Assembly (NCBI GenBank): GCA_050273025.1
Contig: CP158635.1
Span: 12,152,001-12,216,000, forward strand
Source: Cenococcum geophilum
Taxonomy: Eukaryota
DNA length: 64,000 bases
Reading direction: 5' to 3'
Shown here: positions 51,301-64,000 of the stretch, piece after piece
Position numbering within the stretch: position 1 is the first letter of the stretch
Layout: the number at the start of each line of letters is the position of its first letter
Position numbers and translations under genes: made by a program
Notes under the pieces: generated by a model
The model's input: the letters and a program-made list of their open reading frames with translations, nothing else
What the model was told of the DNA's origin: nothing
The model's database searches: none

Positions 51301-54300
51301 TAGGAATCTTTTAACTATAACCCGTGTTACCTTACTAGTACAAAAATCTACCGCCTATACCGCCATTTCGGCCACCTATTAGCTAAAAAGCTATATAAAG
51401 TCCTTAAACGCTCTAGACATAACAACGTTAACAGGAAGGTAATTAACCACTTAACTAAATACTGCTCCTACTGCTAGAAATATAAACATTCTCTAGGCCA
51501 ATTTAAGTTCACCCTTTATAAGGATCTTAACTTTAACTATTTAGTATACGTAGACATTATATACATTAACGGCAGCCTAGTACTATATATAATTAATAAG
51601 GCAACCCACTACTAAGCCGCCTATTAGTTATAAAATATATCTATAAAGTATACTTAGGATATTTTACGAACCTACTAGATTAATATATACGTTAAACCTC
51701 CTAAGTATATTACCCACAACGCTAGTAGGAACTTCATTAGTAAGAAATTCTAGCAGTATGCTATAGCTATAGTTATATTAATAAAAGCCGTTCTAGTTAA
51801 GGCGTATTAGTTTATTAGGCTTATTAAGCGAGCTTACTTAGCTTTATAGAGAGCTTATTAGATTATTATAGACGAATATAAGGATATTTAAAAGGAACTA
51901 GCTCTACAAATAGCCGTAAAAGCCGTTAATAACACTACTAGCCTAGACGGAATAGTACCTACCCTCTTAGTCTATAGAGCCTACCTAAGGATAAGCAAAC
52001 TAAATCCTCCTACCCTATCTATTACAGAACGAGCAGCTATAATACGGAAGGTAATAGCTAAGATAGTTAAGCTACGGGCCAAATAAACTATTAATAACGC
52101 CTTATACTACCGTAACGGACCTAATATAACCCTAGTACACGGCCTTCCGCTTAACTCTAAAGTCCTTATATAGTATAAAAGCGGCAATTAAAATAGACCT
52201 TATTGCCTACTAGCTATAGAAAACGAAATGTGCTATATATAACTCCTTAGTAGGCTAACTAGCTTTAGAAGCACGTTTATAAAACCCTACTTTCGGCCTA
52301 AAGACAACTATAATATTAAACCAGATAAACTAGAAGCACCTATTAAACTAGATAAACTAAAAGCACCTATTAAACTAAATAAACTAAAAGCACCTATTAA
52401 ACTAAACGAACTAAAAGCACCCGCTAAACTAAATAAACTAAAAGCATCCCTGCCTACCTTAAAAGTCCCCTAGGAACTTACTAAACCCGTTAAACCTATA
52501 AAGCGTAGTTAAGGACGCCCCTAAAAGCACCCTATAACTAAGAACTCTATAATAAAGAATTACCTAACCTCTGCAGGAATATCCGTAAGGTAATCTCCGC
52601 CTATAAATATATTAGTTCTAGTATAGAAAACCCCGTTTACGGACTTATAACGTAAGGAAATTAACGGACTACTTAAAAAGGGTATCTTTGCGGTTATAAT
52701 AGAAAGAGACATTCCGTAAGGCGCCTATATATTTAATTTATACTTTATTAACAAAATTAAACACCCTAGTACTAATAAAGCTTTTAAAAAATTAAGGCTT
52801 ATTATATAAGCCTATAATAACCAAGGAAAGGGCTTAGTCCTTATATAATCGCCTATAATTTAATAAGTTAGCTAATAGATTATACTTGCACTTATGCCTA
52901 GACTATAGTAAAGTAATCCTATAGCCCTTTACCTACGGGATATCTCGCAAGCCTATATACAGTCTAATACTTACCTAAGCAGAGATATCTTTATATAACC
53001 ACCCTATAAGCTTAACCTATAACCAGGAACAATTTTATAGGTTATAAAACCTCTCTACAAAGTACTAGAAGCTAGAAACCACTAGTTTAAGACGTATTAC
53101 TAGCACTATGTTAGCAAACTTAAAACGAAATAGTTAACCTATAACCCCTACCTCCTATACACCTAATTAAACGGCCTTAGTATTATTAGACTCCAAATAA
53201 ATAATACCCTATTCTTAGCAGACTAAACCTTTATAGATGCTAAAGAAACTAAACTATAAAAGGCTAAGTTCTTAGTAAAGCTATAAGAGTAGTTAACTAA
53301 GTAGAATCTAATTAAGTTTAATAAAGGCCTAATTACCTAAAAAGGCAACCTAATTGAGCTAACTTAGGAACGCTAAGCCTAAAACCTAAAGCCTATTATA
53401 GTAAAGCCTATAGACCTTACTAGCTCCCGCGGAGAGACCTATAAGACCGTAAATATAAAGAACTAATACGTCGCCTAGCGTGTAAGAGGCGCCTATATTA
53501 CTACGGTTTGTTAACCTAAATCTACCATAATTTGTCCTTTACGGCCTAAGTAATAGATCTATAAAAGGAAAATATTAAGTAGCTTAATAAGCGTATTTAG
53601 TAGCAAATTAACAATATAGTAAGGGGACTTACTTTTATACCACTAGACCTAAACTCCCTTAGTCTACTAGTATTTATAGATGCCTTCTTCACCAATAATA
53701 AAGACCTATTATTACAAATTGGCTTTATAATTGTACTTACGGACCGTAATTAAGACGCAAATATACTATATTAGTCTTTAATTAAGTATAAATAAGTAAC
53801 CTAAAGTATACTAGCTTCTAAACTATATATACTAGCTTATAGCTTTAATATAGCAGCCGCAATCAAATTAACAGTCTAGAAGATTCTATAATTAGAGCAG
53901 TTACCCCTAGTCTTATATACTAATTTAAAGTCCCTCTATAACTGCTTAGTTAAGCTAGGTATAATATAAGAGAAAAGGCTTATAGTTGACCTAATATACT
54001 TATATTAAGCCTATAAATGATACAAAATTATAAAGGTTAAATAAATTAGTGGTAGAAACAACCTAGTAGACGCCATAACTAAGGTAAAGCTGTATTAAGC
54101 CCTTAAAACCCTAATTAATATAAATAAGCTTAACCTAAAAGTTATAGAATAGGTAAAACGGGATTAACGGAGCACCTATAGTACGTCTACAGCCTATTAA
54201 AAGGCCGTATGGCTTATTATACAGTCAGTTTTATAGACTGTAAGCTATTAAATAATTGGTATAGGTAGATTACTTTAGATTACCGCAAACTGCCTATATT

Positions 54301-54965
54301 ACGGTACAGGTAGAAAACGGTAGAAAAGCTACGGTAGAACTTAGTAGACTTACGTAACCTATTAAATTCTACTATATTCTGCTATGGTAGTTAAATTAAC
54401 TAATTATAATTTTCTATCCCCGGGATAGAAAATCGCCATTAGCTCGCTTAGCACTAGCGCCTTAGCGGCCCTTAAGATCTAACTTATGGCTTATCTACGA
54501 CCCGTTAAAAGGCCGTACGGTTTATTTTACGGACCGTAAGCAGGACTTATGGCTAGCGTAGGGCACCGTTTGGAAGGCAGCCTAGACGGCACCTTAGGGG
54601 AGATTTCTTATATATTTTCCTTTGTATTTTATAGTTTTATTAAAGCAATTACGGAGGGTATATATAGGTGGTTTTATTTTTTAAGTACCACCAGTATATA
54701 ATTATAGCACCTATTATACTAACCGCGTGCTTACGCGTTCGGTACACTAGGTATATATTTATATATTTAGTGCACTAACCACTCGCTTATGCGTCTAGTG
54801 CACTTATAAAGCACTAACTAATTAGGGGGGAGGTGTATTAGTATATAGACTATATAGTCTGCTTTATATAATTAATAGTCACTATTATCTAAACGAGTAT
54901 ATAATACTATATGTATTTCGTGCCCCTAAATCTAACTTACTTGTGCTATTAAATTAGTACAAATA
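48394..54965 (+). mobile_element. Ty1/Copia (GalEa-like) family C, full-length copy C2 (6.6 kb)
   Basis: 271-bp LTRs at 48394-48664 and 54695-54965. TSD AGAAC/AGAAT at 48389-93 and 54966-70. gag, protease (~50905-50930), IN (RL.RHFGH ~51351-51376), RT and RNase H in Copia order. ATTAATTAAT palindrome at the 5' LTR. Confidence 0.95.
52322..52445. repeat. 27-bp in-frame tandem repeat in the Copia C2 IN-RT linker
   Basis: AAACTAAAAGCACCTATTAAACTARAT, ~4.5 copies. Confidence 0.88.
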
Positions 54966-57199
54966 AGAATAGATACTAGTAGCAATTGAGAAGTACAAGT
55001 TCTTTATAAAAAAAACTAATTTTATTAAATTTATTATTAAACTAGGTTATATTAGTATAGACCTAAAGAAGATTAAAGCTATAGTAAGTTGGTAAGAACT
55101 AGAGAATATAATATAGTTAAGGTTAGTTTTAGGGGTTTGTAACTACTACAGAAGGTTTATAATATAATAGTTAAAGAATATTAAACCGTTTACCAGGCTT
55201 ATAAAGAAAAAGGAACTATAGGTATAGGGAAATAAATAAAAGAAGTTGTTTAAGAAACTTAAAAAGTTATTTACCTAGAAGCCAATCCTTAAAATCTATT
55301 AACTAGGATTAGACACGGTTATAAAAACAAACGCATTAAACTATATACTATAAGTATATTTACTACAGAAGTATAAGGACGCATAGCACCTAATATTATA
55401 TTATAGTAGAAAGATAATACTACTAAAGTTAAACTATAACGTCTATAATAAGGAGTTATTAGGGATAGTTATAGCACTTAAGAAATAGAGAGTATTCTTA
55501 TAAGGCGTAGAGAAACTATTTATAGTTAAAACGGATTATAAAAACCTAACGGGGTTCCTAATAACAAAAGAACTTAATTAGAGGTAAGTTAAATAGGCAG
55601 AGATGCTTATAGAATACTATTTTAAAATTTAGTATACTAAAGGAACTAAGAATATAAGAGCAGACGCACTTAGTAGAAAAGCTAAACTATAGAATAATAA
55701 GAAGCTATTAGGAGTAATACTACGCAGAGATAAGGATAGATAAATTAGATATAATTACCCTAAACTAGCAGCAACTTAAAAGGATAATAAATTAAAAAGA
55801 GTCTATAAGACACTAAAAAGCTTTTAGGTATAAAGAATTCTAAAAGTATAACTAGAAGATCTATAGATAGATATATATATATATATAAAAGCGAAGTATA
55901 TCCTAAAGAGTGTAGCAAAGCATTTTATAGAAGACTTTTATAAGGGAATAACTTAAGGATATAAAAGAGCAACGGGCTTAGTATTAAGACTTTAGGAAGA
56001 ATATATTATTAATAAAATCTAGAATATCGCAAGAAAAGTAATAAAGAAGTGTCTAAATTACTAAAGAAATAAACTAATAAGGCATAAGCTATATAGAGGG
56101 CTATAACCTATTAAAATACTAAAGAGACTATAGAAGGTTATATTATAGGACTTTATTATTAAGTTACTAAAGTTAAAAAATCCTATTACCGGATAAGATT
56201 ATAATATAATCTTAGTAATAGTAAATAAGTTAACTAAATAGAGCTACTTTATAGTATATATAGAAGAAATCTTAGTAAAGGATATTACTAAAATCTATAT
56301 TAAAGAAGTGTTTATAGATATAGAGTACTAAATAAAATTATATTGGATAGGGATTTAAGATTTATAATAGCATTTTAGGAGGTATTCTTAGCGAAGCAAG
56401 AAGTTAAAGTAGTAACTTCCACTATATATTACCCGCAGATAGACAGTTAAATAAAAAGATTAAATTAGACGCTAGAATAGTATCTAAGATATTATATTAA
56501 TTACGCATAAAATAATTAGGTATTGCTATTACTAGTTATATAGTTTATATATAATATAATACTATAAGAAGGAATAGGCATATTACTATTTAAGGCAAAT
56601 TATGGATATAAGCTAAGAATATTATTATTACTATAGTAAGCGAAAAAAATAAGTAGCATAGTAAAAGAAAAAATAAAGACGTTAATAAATCTTTATATAG
56701 ACCTTATAGAATTAGTAAAGAAAGTATAAAAAAGAATAAAAAGGTACTATAATGCTAAGAGATTTAAGGGACTAGATCTTAAGGAGGAAGATAAAGTATA
56801 GCTACTATAGAGGATTTCACTAGTGATATTTAAGTTAAACCTACTAGCCAAGATAAAGATCTACCCTATATAGCATATTGCGATGCTAGAGCTAGTATAT
56901 AGGAATATTAAGCTATTAGCTTATAAAGTAGACACATATAGAGAATAAGAAAAAGATAAATAGTAAGTTTTAAAGATTATTAGTTATAAAAACATTAATA
57001 ATAAAATATAGTATAAGGTTAAGTAGATAGGCTACACTAAAACTACCTAAGAGTCACTAAAAAATTTAAAAAATACTATAAGAAAGGTACAGAAGTATTA
57101 AAAGAAATTAGGTTAAGTAGTATTAATAAAGAAAAATTGCTAAAGAATAAGTTACCTAAGGGGGACCTAAAAAGAGCAGTTACTAAACTACTTAGATTT

Positions 57200-57700
57200 A
57201 TTTTCTTCTTAACTAGAAGAGAATCTATTCTTTTATTATTAAGTTTTTATAAACCTTATTCTATAAGTTTCTACTTCTTAAAATAAACCTTCTTATAAAC
57301 CTTCTTAAGACGAAGTAACTGAGTAGATGCCGCAATATAGGCTTTAAAAGCCTTCTACTCTATATTATAAGAACGTTCCAATTTAGTAAGGGCTTAAGAT
57401 AGTTCACTATCTAGCTATATAGTAGTAGATTAAATATAAGACTCTAAGACAAATTAATTAAGGAACTAGATAACTATTTAGAGTAATAGGTTGCGTATAT
57501 TTAGCATTAAAGATAGAGTAAATATTATAGGATAAATAAATATTCGCTTTAGTACACTTTAAGTAAAAGAACAATTATTATAAGGAAGGGCTTACTAATG
57601 TAATATAAACTAACCCCTTTTTTAAACAGCAGAAATATGGAGATGGTATAATCTTACCAAAAGATAATATTATAGCAATAGTGCGAGTATAACGTTACGC
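57200..57700 (-). pseudogene. Antisense accessory ORF of Gypsy B3 (homologue of 36653-37200); ends approximate
   Basis: Minus strand reads IPSPYFCCLKKGLVYITLVSPS...YLKCTKAN (57649-57545), followed by QLLRLKKVYKKV. Confidence 0.65.
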
Positions 57701-59424
57701 CTATAAAGAGGAAGGAGCCTTAGGTATAATAAGCAATAATATTAACTAAATTAATTAGATAGATATTATACCTCTAGTAAATAACCTAGAGATATTTAAA
57801 ATCTTTAAGAATAAAGATAAAAAGGAGGGAGATAGTATTACGGACGCTTTAAGTATAATATTATAACTACTTAGAGAAGAGTTAAAAGAAGCTAGTTAGT
57901 TAATTTAGGCATAGTCTAAAATAGAGCTAATAGAGCTATATAATAAGGAATAATAGCTAAAGTTATATAATATTATATATAGTATACGCAGTATATAAAG
58001 GGAATGTATATATAATATGTATAATACGTACCTTACGTATAAAGGGGATTTCTTAGAAGTACGGTTATATATTTAAAGGACTATAGTCCCTACCTAAATA
58101 GTTCTCTCCGTTATAGTAAATCTTATAATATAATTAGAGTTAATCTATTAGGTAACCACTCTACTAGTTATATTTACGTTGTTAACTATTCTATACCTAT
58201 ATACCCAGCCTATTAATAAGTTTACTATAGTTCCTACTATAAGGCTTTATTACACTTTAGGTACTAAATAAAAGTTATATTTATTATATTAATTTAAAAA
58301 GTATAAATATATATTCTTAAGCTAATAATATTAGTTCTTTTAAATATAAAGGGTAAAAAATATTATAAATACCCTTAGAATTTATAATAGTTTTTATAAA
58401 ATATAAGGTCTAATATAAATAGAGTAAATAGCTTTTAATAAAAGTAAAATAGATATTTATAAATATAATATAAATAGGTATAGAACTAGTTTTTAAATAT
58501 ATTTAATATTTAAAAGAGCTATAATCTAAATCTATATTATATTTTAGGTTATTTTTTATAAGATTTAAAAAATTATAAGGTATATTTATATTTTAGTATA
58601 TATATAATTAGTTATTAATACTAGTTCTTTATAGTTACTAAAGTATTAAGCTTTAAATAATAACTAAAATATTTAAATAAAAATTAAAGACTTAAATTTT
58701 ATAAAATAAGGCTTAAAGTAAAGGTAAAGTAGTTTTAATATATATAAATATATATAGTTTTTAGTTATAATAAAGCAGCTTAAACTACTAAAATTATATT
58801 TAATAATAATATTTAATCTATCTATCGCAGTCACGTAAGGGGATATTTAATTTTTGTATAATTGGGAGGCGTAGGGCTATAAGGTCGCTCTAGGGCTAGT
58901 TCTTAGCAGTTTTGCTAGTTCCTAGCACTTAAATCTGCTAAGGATTTGCCCTAAAGCGGCCAGATATCCCTAACTATAAGCCTATAGCTGCAAGACTATC
59001 TAACTATAGTGGTCGCATTAAGGCTGGCTTTTAGTAGTTTTACTAGTTCCTAGTACCTACTAAAGAATTGCCTTAAAGCGCTATCTATATATAATGTATA
59101 CTGAGTATAAAGGATAGCGGGTGGGGAAAGCGAATTAGCTACGTAGTAACTGCGTTTAATATTCGCGAATATTGCAGGAGGTCTTAGCATTATGCGTTGC
59201 TAAGGTAGTTACTACCAAGCAATATATAGACGCTAGTATCTATCTATCGCAGTTACGTAAGGGGATATTTAATTTTTGTATAATTAGGAGGTGTAGGGCT
59301 ATAAGGTCGCTCTAGGGCTAGTTCTTAGCAGTTTTGCTAGTTCCTAGCACTTAAATCTACTAAGGATTTGCCCTAAAGCGGCTAGATATCCCTAAGCGAA
59401 GCTTCTGCGCCCAACAAGACATTA

Positions 59425-59570
59425 CCGCATTCTGCTATATTCTGCTAAATTCTACCACCTTATCGCATTCTGCCAAATTTTGCTATATTATTGTATTCTG
59501 CCAAATTCTGCCATATTATTACATTCTGCCAAGTTCTGCTATATTATTATATTCTGCTATATTCTGCTAA
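59425..59570. repeat. Tandem ATTCTGCYA(A/T) repeats in the 3' region of the YR element
   Basis: Visible ~10-bp periodicity. Confidence 0.8.
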
Positions 59571-59639
59571 CCTACTAGCGCCTTAGCGGCCCTCTTAATA
59601 TCTTAACCTACTACCTAGTAATCCTTACGCTAAGAGCGG

Positions 59640-60650
59640 TACACTATACTAGAAGTAAGAGTTAAGGTAATAGAGGTTAGTGGTCTTAGTTCTAATATAT
59701 AGGCGAAAGGCTTCTAATAACTACTAATCTAGCTACTGGATTTGCTAATATAAACACCCTAAATCTTTAGTAAACTGGGCAGCGCCCTAGCGAAAGGAGT
59801 AGTTTAAGTAACTACTTAGGTTAATCCTAGCAGCTACTAGATGGAAGGAGAGGATCTTATAAACCCCTAGAGAGGCAAAGGGTTTACTATTAAGACTAAA
59901 TAAGGGAGAGTTAAGGGGTTAAGGGTCCCTATTAAATAGCTTTATTATAGCAGCGACTAGGTATAATGGGCCGCCTACCGCCGTAATAGCAACGTTAACA
60001 CCCTAGTGTTACTTATCGGCTTTGCTCTATTTAAGGCGGAATATTATCCTACTAGGCGTAAAGGTAATATTATATTAAGTAGCCTTTTTCGCTAGAAAGG
60101 TTGTTTGGTTTTTAAGCTCCGCTATAGTATATATAATCTCGCCTATCTATAGAAATCTAGTAAATATAAGGGTAAATATGGCATTAGTGTTAACATCCGG
60201 TAGTAATAGGCCGTATATTACTACCTGGGCTAGAATGTCCCTAGTAATAGGTTGCTTATCCTTTTTTACTAAGAAAGAGATAGCGGCTGCTCTGGCGAGT
60301 AATTAGTATACTATAGGATCCTTAAATGCTGCAATTAAGATACCGTAATCTATATAGCGCGAGCGAATTGCGAAGATATAGGCTCGTAAGGTTTCGGCCT
60401 TAAGCCTGCCTATTTATAGCTAGGAGGTACCAAACACGCAGCGGGCAATCTATTCGCCTAGTTTACGCGGCTTAGTTAGGTAGGGGGAAACTCCTTTAAG
60501 TGCGCAGTATAACTCCCAGCTGTTAACTGCTAAAGAATAGTTCCTACGGGTTGCTGGCGTAAGGCCGTTTTAAAGAAGGAGCGCGTAGAGGTTAGATAGC
60601 GCGTTAACATTATTTTTAAAGTTTATAGGCGGTTATAAGTAGTCTATTAA
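59640..60650 (-). pseudogene. Tyrosine recombinase remnant; ends approximate
   Basis: F(AG)FL(R)IGEI ~60135-60164, K-TNQTTF..., HxxR box and terminal catalytic Y motif. Confidence 0.85.
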
Positions 60651-63561
60651 GTTTATAGCACCTATTAAAAACTTATTAGCTTTAGTAGTAATAAATTAAG
60701 GGCCTAGTATGGGCAGAACTAATAGATAGCCGCGGTCTAGAATTAAAATAGTGTATTAGCTAAGCTATTTAAATTACCTAGGATCTACTTCGCGGATATT
60801 ATAATATTGTGAGCTATAGCAGCTAGCATAATCTTACGGAGCAATTTATTTGCTATACTATAGATAACGGTTTTCTTAATACCCTGGTAAACCACTATGC
60901 TATTAATGTAAATAGATAGCGCGCTATACTGCTAGTTAGTAAACTATAGATTAAATGCGTAAGTAATAGCATACATCTCTTTTAGATTAATATAGTCTAC
61001 TTATTAACTAGGCTTAGGCAATATACTAAACGCCTAAGATTAAGGGAGGTTGGCTGTATACCACTACCAGTTATCCTTATATTTAAGTTCTTTAAAAAAG
61101 TAAAAGCCGCTAAACCTAAACTAGGTAGAGGCGTTAGTAAAGAGATAAATGTAGGTACGCTTAACGTTGTTAAAGAATAATACCCTATTACTTGTAGTAA
61201 GTAGGTTAAGCTAGACATATAAGTCACTTTATAACTTAGTGCTAAATCGCCTAGGTTTATGCTTATTTACTAGAGTCTTTAGCTAAGCAGTAATAAAGAT
61301 CTAGAGGGATTTAGAGTAAGATTAACCAAGTTTAATTACGTAGGTGCACTATATAAGGTAGCCTATAAGCTGCTAGGCTTAAAGGAACGATAATAAGCCG
61401 TATTAGAGTGCGGTAGTGACTTTTTTTAATAGCACGTGATTATTTTTGTGGTAATAATCGCGTTTGTATTTATATAGTGTTAATAGTATATCCTAAAACT
61501 TTAATAATAGTTCCTGCTATATCTTTAGAGCCATTTTAAGGGATACCTAGGGAGTTAGTGACAAAGATATAAGTCTAGGTAACAGCCGCTAAGTTGTTTA
61601 GGTTAGCAAGAATAAAGATAAAGTTATTTAGGTAGTGTTCCACCTTATAAGGTAGTTATAAATAGAGTATCTAGTATAGGCCTTCCGCGAAGAGGTTAAA
61701 TATAAGCGGCGCAGTTTAAAGACTAAAGGATAGGTAGTATTCCTGGTAGGTAACACCTTTCTAGGAGAAGCCTATTAATATTCTTACCCTATAAAATAGG
61801 GGGACTATATAGAACGCGTCTTTAATATCTCTTTTAAGTAGTAGGTATTTATAACCTACAGAAACAACATAGGCTTAAATAGCGGTAACTATAGTGTATA
61901 CTAGTGCTCCATATTCTTTTAGAATTGCGTTATTAACTAAAGATACTAATAGAAAGGAGAGATTGTAAATTCGGCGGTATCCTTTATCCGATTTTGGTAT
62001 TAGGCTAAGAGGTAAGACTATAATAAGCCCTGTCGCGATTCTAATATGTCCTTTTTTAAGGTCTAATATTATCTTCTTAAAGATAAGGTCAGTGTTATTT
62101 TAAAAGGAGTTGTGGTTCCTATAGGATCTTAGGGTAGGAATAGACTTGGCTCCTATCTCGCAGCTATAGGTTAGGATACCTACTAAGATGGCTAGTAGAT
62201 TGCCTAGGTAGTTAGATAGAAGGTAGTGCCACGCTAAAATCCTTAGGGGCGATAGAGAGTAGTAGAGAGCCTTCGCCTCTATAAAGGTAGGAAATAATAG
62301 TAACGTATTAGGCCTAGGTCCTAGGCGTATAACTAAAGTTAGTGTTATTATTAGGCTAAACCCTACTTCGTAAGGTTTACTTTACTATTCCTAGGCACAA
62401 GCTTTAGATAATATAGTAATTTTTACTATACTTTAAGCACTTATATAGGTATTTATAAGCTGTATTATTATAGCCTCTACTATTAAACCTATGGCAGGTA
62501 TTAGAGGTATAAAAGGTATCTAACTTGGGTCTCTTTAAGGCGGCAAAGCCGATAGCACTAGATATCGTAAGGTATGGCGCTGTATACTAGGCTAGTATTT
62601 GCCAATTAGCGGGCTCTAGTTAGCCATTGGTTATTATAAAGGTATAATAGTTAAGTACTAAATTAAGTATATAACCTACCTAGATATACTAGGTTAATAA
62701 GGTATAAATTATGTTTATCTAAAGAAGTATGCTAGTAATAAGGTCTAGCGGGTATGTATAGAGGGTGCCAGTAATAACTACGTAGTTAGTAAAACCTTTA
62801 AATTAGACACCTTTATCTATAAATAGCTTTCTATCTACCTTTGCCTTCCTTATAACTAGAGTACCATTCTTAATCTATATCTTATTAGCAATCTTAATTT
62901 AAGCAGTATAGACTTAAAGATAGGCGAGGTTTACTAGATTGAAGGTACCCTTAAAAATATCTAGGTAATCCCTTTTTATAACGCTAGAAAGGTAGAGTTT
63001 AAGCGACTTTATACTAGGAGGAAGAGGCTTACTAAGGACATTAGCTATAGCAGCTGTTATAGTAGCCTATAAGGCCGAAGCGGCTAAGCCTAACTATAAT
63101 TAAGCTATTTAAGCTAGGTGGTATTTATACTAGCGAGCCTCCTCTACTAGGCGGGCTTTATGCTCTTCCTTATACTTCTAAATCTCCCTTTTATCTCGGG
63201 CTTGTTCCCTTTACTCTTTAGTAATTTCGCGCTTTTTTATGGCAGTGGCGCGTATATTAGCCTCGGACGGCATTATAGGACTAGTAGAGGAAGATATAGC
63301 GGTTATAGACGATGGTGTAGTTAAGGTAGGTTATCTAGGTAGGTTTGCTTATTAGGATTATACACGTGTACAAATCTCCCAGTTAGTTATAAGCGGTAAT
63401 AACGTTATAAAATAATTCTTAAACGAATGGATAATAAATATATAATGAATATTAATGAGTTTAGCAATATTAAAAGCGAATTAGCCACGTAGTGACTGCG
63501 TTTAATATTCGCAAATATTGCAGGAGGTCTTAGCATTATACGTTACTAAGGTAGTTGCTAC

Positions 63562-63984
63562 TGTAACGGAACCTTATAGCAGGAACTATAATAGGCTCGT
63601 TATTAGGCTAGGTATATAGGTGAAGTAAGTTAAAGTTAATAATGTAATAATAACTAGTGGAGTAGTTGCCTAATAGATTAACTCTAATTATATTCTAAGA
63701 ATTACTATAAGGAAGGAACTATCTAGGTAGGGACTAAGGGTCCTTAAATACATAACCGTACTCCTAAGAAATCCTTCTTATATATAATGTACGTCTTATA
63801 TATAAGGTATATAAGTTCCTCTTATTTCTCTTGTTTAATATATAGCATATTATATAACCTTAGTTACTATTCCTCGTTATATAGTTTTATTGGCTCCATC
63901 CTAGACTATACTTAAATTAACTAACTAGCTTCTTCCGACTCCCCTCCTAGTAGCTATAATATTATACTTAAAGCGTCCGTAACA
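63562..63984 (-). repeat. 3' LTR of another Gypsy B copy (B4), continuing off the right edge
   Basis: Near-identical to 8000-8424 and followed by the reverse-complement PPT CTATCTCCCTCCTCTT. Confidence 0.93.
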
Positions 63985-64000
63985 CTATCTCCCTCCTCTT

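Larger units (their letters stand above)
43950..58254 (+). mobile_element. Ty3/Gypsy chromovirus family B, full-length copy B3 (~7.7 kb) with nested Copia C2
   Basis: 419-bp LTRs at 43950-44368 and 57836-58254. TSD CTTTA at 43945-49 and 58255-59. PPT AAAAAGGAGGGAG before the 3' LTR. gag ATG 44408, knuckle ~45405-45450, LIDS protease ~47343, RT split at 48393/54971, chromodomain ~56955-57100. Confidence 0.96.
58816..63561 (-). mobile_element. Ngaro-like tyrosine-recombinase retrotransposon with split direct repeats; 5' end interrupted by Gypsy B4
   Basis: Minus-strand order gag-like (ATG ~63273), RT (KRDIKDAF ~61815-61838; HYL(DD)FI ~61617-61637), RNase H, YR ((H)SFR.GAA ~59778-59801; EAFRLY ~59698-59715). 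Repeat A at 63473-63561 = 59127-59215. Repeat B at 59238-59395 = 58816-58973. Confidence 0.9.

Noticed and set aside
1..64000. Alternative genetic code or organellar origin to explain the many TAA/TAG stops
   Set aside because: The stops map to CAA/CAG/TGG/CGA codons and differ between copies by transitions, which is the RIP signature.

Overview
Gene-free, AT-rich fungal (Pezizomycotina-type) repeat block made almost entirely of nested transposable elements degraded by repeat-induced point mutation (RIP; TpA excess, and copy-to-copy differences are nearly all C>T/G>A). I found no intact host gene, RNA gene or CRISPR array, and nearly all ORFs in the track are TE fragments or tandem-repeat artefacts. 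The window holds two Ty3/Gypsy chromovirus families (A: 2 copies; B: 3 copies plus the LTR of a fourth), three GalEa-type Ty1/Copia families (C x2, D, and a gag-only non-autonomous F), a full-length Tad1-like LINE, a Ngaro-like tyrosine-recombinase retrotransposon, a TIR element with a 2-bp TSD, three MITEs, a short SINE/LINE-tail insert, an LTR of a further family, and a 443-bp TRIM. Most boundaries are fixed by LTR pairs and target-site duplications read directly from the sequence. Highlights: (1) an antisense Zn2Cys6-like plus coiled-coil ORF in the 3' region of Gypsy family B, conserved in two diverged copies; (2) a TRIM with a Tf1-style self-priming site; (3) a conserved (C)GCCAG motif where a PPT should be in all three GalEa families; (4) a covarying stem-loop block shared by the 3' UTRs of two Copia families and partly by the YR element. 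De-RIPed protein readings are my manual inference.
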